A stretch of 26,235 bases of DNA from a virus. Its lineage: Duplodnaviria; Caudoviricetes. Shown piece by piece: positions 1 to 7,635 of the stretch. The notes below the pieces were generated by a model, which was not told where the DNA came from, ran no database searches, and saw nothing but the letters and a program-made list of their open reading frames with translations. The stretch's first letter is position 1, and every line of letters begins with the position of its first letter. Location of the stretch: positions 1 through 26,235 of IMG/VR virus record IMGVR_UViG_3300023256_001487; one strand, written 5' to 3'. Made by a program: the position numbers and the translations under genes.

Positions 1-598
1 CTCCAAAAGTGCAATATGAAATTTCTGTTCCTCTCACATCTTCCCCTTGAATTGCATTAACTGAAGTTCCACTGGTTCCCTTAAACACACAATTTGTTAT
101 AACTGTATTATCTGATGCAATAGCATATAATGGTGGCAATGCTGTTGCACTGGTAAATTGTATATTTTCAATAGTGCAATTCGCTCCTGCTAACAAAAGT
201 ATTCCCTGAGTTACATTTGTATCTGTTATGTTTACTCCACTATCTGAACCAGGATTTCCTAATCCATGCAAGTGTATTCCATATCCATAAAGCCTTAAAT
301 CATCAGATTCATCATAGCTTCCTGGAGCAATGAAAATATGGTATTCTGCATCAGCACTGTAGTCATCTCTGGAAAGAGCTGTTGCAGCCAAAATTGAAGC
401 AAAAGCTGTCTGTGGAGTTAATCCATCGTTTCCATCTGCGCCGTTTTCTTCATCCACATAATAGCATTTTCCTTTAGTTCCTTTAATTACTCCATTTACA
501 CCTTGTGCAAAAGTTACATTTGCATCCCATTTATATGCATCTCCAGTGTAAGGTGGAGCTGCTGGATTTCCGTTTACTGTTCTTAATCCTTCACTCAT
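1..598 (-). CDS. Right-handed parallel beta-helix (pectate-lyase-like) protein, probable virion spike/decoration; runs off the left window edge
   Basis: Not in the ORF track. My translation from ATG 598: MSEGLRTVNGNPAAPPYTGDAYKWDANVTF...CYYVDEENGADGNDGLTPQTAFASILAA...IFIAPGSYDE...NCTIENIQF...NTVITNCVF...TEISYCTFG, open to position 1. YYVD..G.DGNDG.TP..AF and I.PG.Y.E are typical beta-helix cap motifs. SD GAGGTGA at 604-610 overlaps the MCP stop. Confidence 0.75.
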   Translation of the reverse strand, partial: MSEGLRTVNGNPAAPPYTGDAYKWDANVTFAQGVNGVIKGTKGKCYYVDEENGADGNDGLTPQTAFASILAATALSRDDYSADAEYHIFIAPGSYDESDDLRLYGYGIHLHGLGNPGSDSGVNITDTNVTQGILLLAGANCTIENIQFTSATALPPLYAIASDNTVITNCVFKGTSGTSVNAIQGEDVRGTEISYCTFG

Positions 599-608
599 TT
601 CATTCACC

Positions 609-1748
609 TCAGCTTAAATCCCTAATTTTTCCTTGAGCTCCAAAGAATGTACAAATCAATTCTCCCATTGTTAAGTACATTCCTTCGTGTGTTAATGAAC
701 CATTAGCAAAGTAATCTCTGCTTTCATAATAACTAGTTGGTTGTGCGATTTTCAAAGACAATCTTGGAATCTCAAAGTTTTCTTTATTACTTGTATCTAA
801 AGTGTAAAGTCTACTTTTAGTGTCTTTAGCTACATGAACATCTTGGAATAAAGGAATACCATAAACTGTTGCTACATTCATTCCTACTTCAGTTCCTGTA
901 ACTGTTTCAACTCCGTTTACTGTTGCAGTATAATTTCCTTCTTTCATTGGAGTATTATATCTTGCTTGATCTGCATACAATCCTTGAACGTCTGCGTAAG
1001 TGTCAAATCCTGTTAACATGAAACTTGGTCTTCCACCGTTTGTATAAATGTTTGTTAAATGTGTTCTTAGAATTGCATCAGTTAAACTTCTGTCTGATCC
1101 GCTATTATGGCTTACATAAGCGTCTGACCATGATTCAGTTGCATCTCTATCTAATCCATAAATGTCAGAATCTCCTGCATCTAAAGAAATTGTAGTATCT
1201 GAAACTTCTCCATAACTTGAACAAACTCTATCAATAGATTCAAGGTTAGTGTCTGCTGTAGTATCAACATCTCCTAACAACATTGCATCCAAGTGTTCTT
1301 TATGTTCAACTCCCATATAAGCTTTCATAAATTCCATGTCACCAATTGTATCATCGTTAGAAATTTTTGATAAAAACTCTTGTTTAGTTGAATTATCAAA
1401 TGTTCTTACAACTTCCTTTGGTTTAGTGCTTACTTCTTGAAATGTTGGTTTAACTGTAGCAGGTAAATCTGCGCCTTCTGAAACTCCGCCTGTTGGTGTA
1501 GTAACTGCATCAGCTCTTGCTGTAATTACTCTCCAACCAGATTTAAGCCAAGGAATTTTAGGAATTAATCCAAAAGCTGTATCCATTTGATTTAATTGCC
1601 TCCAAACTTCAGCACCATACACGGCATTATAAACACCTGCAGTTGTTGAAATTACTGGATCATCTTTTCTAATATACTTCATTCCTGCTCCGCCTTTCGC
1701 ATAAGCAAGTTTTAGCATATCATCCATTGTATTTAAATATTCTCTCAT
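609..1748 (-). CDS. Major capsid protein A (HK97 fold), Magrovirus/halovirus HGTV-1-like lineage
   Basis: 379 aa; motif string D.P..STTAG.YNAVYG..VW.QLNQ...AF..IPK.PW..SGWRV.T and GGVSEG..LP.T.KP matches my recollection of Magrovirus/haloviral MCPs; lies directly downstream of a prohead protease. Confidence 0.85.
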   Translation of the reverse strand: MREYLNTMDDMLKLAYAKGGAGMKYIRKDDPVISTTAGVYNAVYGAEVWRQLNQMDTAFGLIPKIPWLKSGWRVITARADAVTTPTGGVSEGADLPATVKPTFQEVSTKPKEVVRTFDNSTKQEFLSKISNDDTIGDMEFMKAYMGVEHKEHLDAMLLGDVDTTADTNLESIDRVCSSYGEVSDTTISLDAGDSDIYGLDRDATESWSDAYVSHNSGSDRSLTDAILRTHLTNIYTNGGRPSFMLTGFDTYADVQGLYADQARYNTPMKEGNYTATVNGVETVTGTEVGMNVATVYGIPLFQDVHVAKDTKSRLYTLDTSNKENFEIPRLSLKIAQPTSYYESRDYFANGSLTHEGMYLTMGELICTFFGAQGKIRDLS

Positions 1749-2279
1749 TTAATCCACTCCTAAAATGCTTTTAAGTTCTTTTTCTTCTGTTTGTCTTTTA
1801 TGGTCTCTAATTTCACTAAAGTTTGCTGGTTTTCCTTTAGCAACCTCATAAGCATCCATTTTTTCGTTATTTTTTATTACTTGATTTGGTCTTGGTGTAG
1901 TTGATTTTGCTACAGCTAAAGTTTTTTTAACTTCTGCTTTAACTAAATCTTCAATTGATTTATTTGAATCAGGTAAATTAGAAATGACTCCATCTTCGCC
2001 TTTTCCTTTTCCTTCATCTGTTTCAGCTACTGAAGGTTCTCCTTCAGGTGAATCTTCCTCCAAATTATCTGGAGAAGGTTCTCCGCCATCGTTAATTGCG
2101 GCAATTACTTCTTTAGTAAATTTATCAAAATCTTCCTTAGTAACATACTGACTTTTCTTTTTTTCTGGTGTTTCGTCTTCTGTTTTTGGTTTCTTTTCGT
2201 CTTCTTTGTCTTCTTCTGTTTTTGGTTTAGGTTTTTCGTCAGTTGTTATAGGTTTTTTTTCTTCTTCTTTTTTTACCAT
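1749..2279 (-). CDS. Putative nested in-frame scaffolding protein (176 aa) from an internal start in the protease gene
   Basis: In-frame ATG 2279 (Met199) preceded by AAAGGAGG (2287-2294) at 7-nt spacing, exactly where the charged low-complexity region begins. Confidence 0.6.
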   Translation of the reverse strand: MVKKEEEKKPITTDEKPKPKTEEDKEDEKKPKTEDETPEKKKSQYVTKEDFDKFTKEVIAAINDGGEPSPDNLEEDSPEGEPSVAETDEGKGKGEDGVISNLPDSNKSIEDLVKAEVKKTLAVAKSTTPRPNQVIKNNEKMDAYEVAKGKPANFSEIRDHKRQTEEKELKSILGVD

Positions 2280-2873
2280 GTTTTGGCCTCCTTTAAGTTC
2301 ATTTAATTTTTTTAATTCTTTTAAAATAGACAATTGTAAACTGTCTGATTTAAACGTAATATCTTCTTTGTTTATTTTCTTAATTTTTGCTTTAGCAAAA
2401 TAATACTTTTGGCCTTTAGCCATAGCATTTTTATCTAAAATATCAGCATCAGGATGCATTCCATCTTCACATAAAGCAACTTCTAAAACATCTAAGCCTC
2501 TTAACTCAGTACTTCCGTCTTTTAATTTAGTTGGATCAAAAGCTGCTCCACCTAAACTTACATCTTTATATTCTTCTTTTAAAATTTTATCCCAAGCAAC
2601 ATCCGCTACTGGCCCTTTGTTAATTAATCCTCTAGCAATGTAAGCTTTGTTTCCTTTATATTCGTCAGCCCACCATCTTAATCCTTTTCCAACAATTTTA
2701 TTTGTATGTTCCATTGAAATTGGAGAACCATTAATTAACCATCTATCTAAAGCTTCTTCCATTTCTGATTCAGGCATAACTTCTCCTTCTTTATCTACAA
2801 CACTAGGAACAGTCATAACAAAATCAAATAATCTTTCTTCTTTATTTTTTTCAAGTTCCAAAAAAACCACCAT
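1749..2873 (-). CDS. Prohead maturation protease (HK97/XkdF-like, S78-type) fused to a C-terminal acidic scaffold region
   Basis: VVDKEGEV, catalytic-like His in SMEHTNKIVGK, Ser in DVSLGG, EVALC; C-terminal half is low-complexity K/E/D/P; abuts the MCP. Confidence 0.8.
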   Translation of the reverse strand: MVVFLELEKNKEERLFDFVMTVPSVVDKEGEVMPESEMEEALDRWLINGSPISMEHTNKIVGKGLRWWADEYKGNKAYIARGLINKGPVADVAWDKILKEEYKDVSLGGAAFDPTKLKDGSTELRGLDVLEVALCEDGMHPDADILDKNAMAKGQKYYFAKAKIKKINKEDITFKSDSLQLSILKELKKLNELKGGQNMVKKEEEKKPITTDEKPKPKTEEDKEDEKKPKTEDETPEKKKSQYVTKEDFDKFTKEVIAAINDGGEPSPDNLEEDSPEGEPSVAETDEGKGKGEDGVISNLPDSNKSIEDLVKAEVKKTLAVAKSTTPRPNQVIKNNEKMDAYEVAKGKPANFSEIRDHKRQTEEKELKSILGVD

Positions 2874-3264
2874 ATTTTATTTTACCTTGCTGTAATGCAT
2901 CTCTAAAAAAAGGTCTTGGCTCAGAACCATCTCTTTCAATTGTTTTAGCAATAGCCCAAGCAATTCTTGTTGCTTGTTTATCTGGAACAGAAAACTTTCT
3001 TTTAACCCAAGCAATTAAAGGTGCAACTGGAGGCATATGAGGATCTGTTCCAAAATCAACATGCCCTGCATAAGGTGCTGAATATCCTATTTCTTTTTCT
3101 AAAAATTGTCTATTAACATAACCTGATTTTAATAAAGTAGCTTCGTCTATTGCGCCGTATTCTACAATATTTTCTTGACTTTTAGAAAAAATAAAATCAG
3201 CAATTTCGTTAAGTTCTTCATCTACTTTTTTTAGAATGTTTTGTTTTTCTAATTCATTGACCAT
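2851..3264 (-). CDS. HK97 gp10-like neck/tail-completion protein
   Basis: D...LLKSG, YSAPYAGHVDFGT.PH.PP...LIAWVKRK, IA..I...G.EPRPFF..A pattern of the gp10 family. Confidence 0.7.
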   Translation of the reverse strand: MVNELEKQNILKKVDEELNEIADFIFSKSQENIVEYGAIDEATLLKSGYVNRQFLEKEIGYSAPYAGHVDFGTDPHMPPVAPLIAWVKRKFSVPDKQATRIAWAIAKTIERDGSEPRPFFRDALQQGKIKYGGFFGT

Positions 3265-3308
3265 AGGTTAAACACTTCTTTAATGACATAATTGCTTGTA
3301 ACTCAATC

Positions 3309-4622
3309 TTAAAGGTTTCTTTTATGCAATTTCATTTTAACAGATTGTTCTGGAAACTTTAAAGTAGCCGTATAATTGAATGGAATCCTAATTGAAGGCG
3401 AATTTAAATTAGAAACTAATTTTATAGTAGATGCTAAATAAGTAAAATCAAATAATACACTAGGAGATTTAATTGAAGAACTTAAATTTAAAGCAGAGGC
3501 TATAAAAGTTTTTCCTAAAACAATTACTGGTTCTTTTTGGCTTAAAGTTAATTCTAAAGCAGTTATAGAAACTGTTCCGTCAATTAAATAATTTGGTTCA
3601 TTTGTTGTTGAACTTAAATTTAATGCAGAAACAGATAAAAAAAGCCCTGTATAAACAGAAGGAGTTTCTAAAGAAGCACTTAAACTTAATGCAGAAACAG
3701 TATGTAAAAAATCTAAATTAATTATAGAAGTTTCTAAACTAGAAGATAAACTTAAAGCAGAAACAGTATGTAAAAAATCTAAATTAATTATAGAAGTTTC
3801 TAAACTAGAAGATAAACTTAAAGCAGAAACAGTATGTAAAAAATCTAAATTAATTATAGAAGTTTCTAAACTAGAAGATAAACTTAAAGCAGAAACAGTA
3901 TGAACAAAATCAAAAGCATAAGTTGGAGTCCCTAAAGAAGTGCTTAAAGTTAAAGCAGTAGCAGAAAAAGTATCTGCGCCAAGATTATTTTCTGTTCCAT
4001 TGCCTGAATTATAAATAAAATCCATTTCATCTGAAGTCAATACATCTGTGTAAATTCTAACATCATCTAAATAGTATGTTGTAAGTGTATTATATGCTGC
4101 AAAAACTATTGTCGGAAATGTTGCTGTAACTCCTTGCTCATAAGTGCCTGTGCCAGGAGAACCAGAATTATTAACGTCTACTTCCATTGCACCTGTTGAA
4201 CCATTGTAAGTACAACTAAACCAATACCAGTTGCCTGCTGAAAAATTACCTGCAACAGAAGCCGTATCAACTGCAACACCATTTTTTCCAACTTTAAATA
4301 TAAGGTTTGGATCATTATAATCTATAAACAACTGGAATGTTCCACTTGTTCCTTCGGCTACAATAGCGTATTTGTCTCCAGCTGCAACACTTACTGCGTA
4401 AAGCCAGCCAGTAATAGAAAAACTTTGTGTGTTGTCAAAACCAGTTATACTTGTTCTTTGAAAATAATTACCACTAGCAAACACTCCTCTTGCATTAGTA
4501 ATTTTTCCTGTTTGAGAGGGAACAGTTCCATTTTCTGTTAAATCATTACTATTTCCTGAACTATCTAATGCATTTCCAGTTGCTTCATTTAATTTATAGT
4601 GCCCCCAAATTGTTGAAACCAT
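3309..4622 (-). CDS. Fibre/adhesin-like virion protein: N-terminal LamG/concanavalin-A-like domain plus about nine 22-aa repeats
   Basis: GHYKLNEATG.A.DSSGN.N.LT, FSITGW, WYWFSCTYNG, LDDVRIY..VLTSDE...IYN are LamG-like hallmarks; followed by (TVSALSLSSSLETSIINLDFLH)-type repeats. Confidence 0.75.
   Translation of the reverse strand: MVSTIWGHYKLNEATGNALDSSGNSNDLTENGTVPSQTGKITNARGVFASGNYFQRTSITGFDNTQSFSITGWLYAVSVAAGDKYAIVAEGTSGTFQLFIDYNDPNLIFKVGKNGVAVDTASVAGNFSAGNWYWFSCTYNGSTGAMEVDVNNSGSPGTGTYEQGVTATFPTIVFAAYNTLTTYYLDDVRIYTDVLTSDEMDFIYNSGNGTENNLGADTFSATALTLSTSLGTPTYAFDFVHTVSALSLSSSLETSIINLDFLHTVSALSLSSSLETSIINLDFLHTVSALSLSSSLETSIINLDFLHTVSALSLSASLETPSVYTGLFLSVSALNLSSTTNEPNYLIDGTVSITALELTLSQKEPVIVLGKTFIASALNLSSSIKSPSVLFDFTYLASTIKLVSNLNSPSIRIPFNYTATLKFPEQSVKMKLHKRNL
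3691..3902. repeat. Perfect coding tandem repeat, 66-bp unit x3 plus a 14-bp partial copy
   Basis: gcagaaacagtatgtaaaaaatctaaattaattatagaagtttctaaactagaagataaacttaaa starts at 3691, 3757 and 3823; partial at 3889-3902. Confidence 0.95.
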
Positions 4623-4640
4623 TTAAATTTCCTCTAATCA

Positions 4641-6836
4641 TTAATTCCCTTTATACACTTTTAAAGTCACAGTTTGTTTTGGAAACCTTAAACTTGCAGT
4701 TTGTTTTTTAAATCTTTCAGTAAAACTTGTTTTAGCAAAAAATAAACCAAAAGTTTGTTTTGGAAAAAATAAATCAACAAAATATTCAACTGGAACAAAA
4801 GCAATAACATCCTTTAATGAACTAATTAAATTCAAAGCATCAACACTATGCTTGAAATCAAATAAAATACTTGGGTCTTTTTGAGTTAAACTTAAAGTTA
4901 AAGCATCTACACTAAAAGCAATATCTCCTGCAGTTATTATTGTTGGAGTTCCTAAACTGGTACTTAAAGTTAAAGCAGAAACAGACTGTAAAAAACTTAA
5001 ATTAATTGAAGGAGCCTCTAAGCTTAAAGTTAAACTTAATGCAGAAACTTGTTCTAAAAAATCAAAAGCATAAGTTGAAGTTCCTAAACTAGTACTCAAA
5101 GTTAAAGCTGAAACAGTATGCGTAAAATCAAATAATTCTGTTGGTGCTTCAAGACTTGAACTTAAACTTAATGCAGAAACTTCATGCAAGAAATCATAAT
5201 TAATTACAGGTGCTTCTAAACTTAAAGAAAGATTTTGAGCTGAAACAGTATGTAAGAAATCAAAGTTTATTACTGGAGCTTCCAAGCTAGAAGATAAAGT
5301 TAAAGCAGTTGCAATAAAAGTTTCTCCAATAATAATAGCAGGAGCTTCTAAGCTTAAACTTAAAGTTAATGTAGAAACTTCATGCAAAAAATCAAAGTTA
5401 ACTACTGGAGCTTCCAAACTTAAAGTTAAAGTTAAAGCAGAAACAGTATGAACAAAATCAAAATTAATAACTGGAGCTTCTAGAGATAAACTTAAAGCCA
5501 AAGCACTTACAGTATGCGTAAAATCAAAGTTAATTACTGAAGTTCCTAAACTTAAACTTAAAGTCAAAGCTGTTGCAGAAAAAGAAAAGTCAATTACAAT
5601 AACTGGAGCTTTTAAAGAAGTAGATAATGTAAGCGCAGAAGGTTCAACAGTAACATCTACGTCTCCGCTTTCTGTGTAGTCTACCCAAATACTTCTTCTT
5701 CGATTTTCTAATCCAGCAGAATTAAATGGGTCTGGGTCGTCTCCAGAAGTTCCTGACCTGTCTCCTGAATTACTTAAAGTGTCATACATCCAGCCAACAG
5801 CAGAAGAACTGCTTTTTATTCCTGCAATACAATATTCTTCTCCTGCAACTAATGATTGAGAAACAGCATCAGAACAATATTCACCAAGAACATTTGTGCC
5901 AGGAAGGTCTGTAAGTCTTACTCCTGCTGCAAGCAACCTATCAGCATTTCCTGTATCCATATCATAGGCGTTCATTATAGGGCTTCTTATCGTAACCTGA
6001 CCATATATATAAGCATAATATTTTGTGATTGTGTCTCCTGCGGAAGCAGTATAAGAATCATTAACAACCGCATAAGTGTTTCCATAATCCCATCTTGGCC
6101 CAGAAAGTCCATGAGTAGAATATCCAAATGTCGGGTCAACGTAAACTGGATAAATAGCAGAATCTAAAAAACTTTGAGGAACAGTAATAGATAAAATTCC
6201 AGTTTCTTGATTAACATTTAAATTACACCAAACTTCTTTTCCGTTTGAATCATGCGCTTTTGGTCTATAAATATGAAATGCTTTTCCTGTTTTATATTTG
6301 TTGTTACTTTTACTTGAATGGTATACTGCATAAGAATACAAAACATTTTCTGGTCTAATTGCTCTTTTAATTTCTTCATCAGAAAAACCAGCATATTCTG
6401 ATAAAGTTTTGTTTTCGTTTAATTCTGCTTCAGTTATTTCATCTTGAAAAAAGAAATTCAAATTCTTTGATTGAATAGAAAAATTAAAAACATTAGAAAC
6501 AGGAACTTCTTTCAAAACAACTTCAAATTCAAAAGAACCTTTCTCATTTTTTGAATCAACAACAGAATAAAAATGAACTTCTTTATCTGCTTTAATTAAT
6601 TTTATTTTTTCTGTTTCAGCTAAAAAAGAAGCAGAAGAAAAATCTTCAATTAACCTTAAAGAAAAATTAGCTTCATTACTCCAACGCTTAATTTTAACTT
6701 GCGGAAAAAAATCAGTTTGAAGTAAATCTCCTACTTCAGTTTCAAACTCTTTTTCTTTTGTAACTAAAGTATTATTAACTAAATTATATAAATTGTTAAT
6801 TTTTTTAGATAATAAATTTAAATTAATTTTAGGCAT
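4641..6836 (-). CDS. Large fibre-like virion protein with uncharacterised N-terminal domains and about thirteen 22-aa repeats
   Basis: ORF track 4641..6851; ATG 6836 (MPKINL) preferred, behind GAGATG. C-terminal ~330 aa are degenerate VSALTLSLSLEAPVINFDFLH repeats homologous to those of 3309..4622. Confidence 0.7.
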   Translation of the reverse strand: MPKINLNLLSKKINNLYNLVNNTLVTKEKEFETEVGDLLQTDFFPQVKIKRWSNEANFSLRLIEDFSSASFLAETEKIKLIKADKEVHFYSVVDSKNEKGSFEFEVVLKEVPVSNVFNFSIQSKNLNFFFQDEITEAELNENKTLSEYAGFSDEEIKRAIRPENVLYSYAVYHSSKSNNKYKTGKAFHIYRPKAHDSNGKEVWCNLNVNQETGILSITVPQSFLDSAIYPVYVDPTFGYSTHGLSGPRWDYGNTYAVVNDSYTASAGDTITKYYAYIYGQVTIRSPIMNAYDMDTGNADRLLAAGVRLTDLPGTNVLGEYCSDAVSQSLVAGEEYCIAGIKSSSSAVGWMYDTLSNSGDRSGTSGDDPDPFNSAGLENRRRSIWVDYTESGDVDVTVEPSALTLSTSLKAPVIVIDFSFSATALTLSLSLGTSVINFDFTHTVSALALSLSLEAPVINFDFVHTVSALTLTLSLEAPVVNFDFLHEVSTLTLSLSLEAPAIIIGETFIATALTLSSSLEAPVINFDFLHTVSAQNLSLSLEAPVINYDFLHEVSALSLSSSLEAPTELFDFTHTVSALTLSTSLGTSTYAFDFLEQVSALSLTLSLEAPSINLSFLQSVSALTLSTSLGTPTIITAGDIAFSVDALTLSLTQKDPSILFDFKHSVDALNLISSLKDVIAFVPVEYFVDLFFPKQTFGLFFAKTSFTERFKKQTASLRFPKQTVTLKVYKGN
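4800..5650. repeat. Degenerate 66-bp (22-aa) coding repeat array, about 13 units (boundaries approximate)
   Basis: Counted in the translation from EPSALTLSTSLKAP to SVDALNLISSLKD. Confidence 0.85.
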
Positions 6837-6874
6837 TCTTAAACATCTCAAACTGTTCCTTCATGGATATATTT

Positions 6875-7231
6875 TTATTCTATTATTAATTCAATTCCTT
6901 CATTTTTTAATTCTAGAATTTTGTCATTTGCTTTATCTACTTTCTTTCCAGTAACATTACCGTCTTTGTCAGTTATGTCATTGTATTTTTTCTCATCATA
7001 TTGTTTTTCTATTGGTTGCTTTAAATTTTCTTTGTGAAACTCTACTTCTCTTATTTGAAAAATCAAACTATGCAATTTATCAAATTTTTCTTTTGTTAAA
7101 ATTCCAAATTCTCTAAATGGTTTGTTTTTATAATAACAATCTGACAACTCATCGTGAACTGTGTTGTATTTTGGGTCAATTTCTTTTCTTAATTCCTCAA
7201 ATTGTACTCCGTTAAAATTTCTTTCTTCCAT
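6875..7231 (-). CDS. Hypothetical protein (118 aa, charged)
   Basis: ORF with SD AGGAGG-AATTGAA-ATG; no recognised motif. Confidence 0.7.
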   Translation of the reverse strand: MEERNFNGVQFEELRKEIDPKYNTVHDELSDCYYKNKPFREFGILTKEKFDKLHSLIFQIREVEFHKENLKQPIEKQYDEKKYNDITDKDGNVTGKKVDKANDKILELKNEGIELIIE

Positions 7232-7242
7232 TTCAATTCCTC

Positions 7243-7635
7243 CTATTTAAATGATATTACTATCCTATTTTTTGATAATTCTGCAAGTAACTTAATATTC
7301 TTTCCATTATGCGTAGTCTGTAGACCAAGATAATATATTTTATGTGGTTGTCTAGTGGCTCCCAATACTCCACTTGTTTTTACATAATAAATTAGACGAT
7401 ATTCTGTGTTAAAATTAGAAAAAGTATTAAAAGGAACCTCATTATTATTTAAAATTAAGGTTCCCTTTTCTAAATCTACTCCTACATCTACAAAACAACC
7501 CAGAAGAAAGAACTTTTTAAGGTTCTTTTTGTCAATATTGTCATATAAAATCTCCTGTGTATTTTCTAATTGCTCTAAGGTTTCACCATTTTTGTAGATT
7601 GCTCTCCAATGAACGGACTGATTAACTTCTTCCAT
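7243..7635 (-). CDS. Hypothetical phage-type protein
   Basis: W.A.Y.NG..L.Q ... ID...L..F ... RLIYY ... YYLG.Q....GKN pattern resembles an unnamed viral family; start placed at ATG 7635, overlapping the upstream GT by about 60 nt. Confidence 0.6.
   Translation of the reverse strand: MEEVNQSVHWRAIYKNGETLEQLENTQEILYDNIDKKNLKKFFLLGCFVDVGVDLEKGTLILNNNEVPFNTFSNFNTEYRLIYYVKTSGVLGATRQPHKIYYLGLQTTHNGKNIKLLAELSKNRIVISFK

Noticed and set aside
3691-3902. Possible CRISPR array
   Set aside because: Units are contiguous, 66 bp, in frame within a CDS, with no unique spacers.
6837-6874. Possible junction between two genomes (GGAGGAAT leaders occur only to the right of it)
   Set aside because: No att-like or terminal repeat is visible and leader styles also vary within the right part; too weak to call, but the first place to inspect reads.
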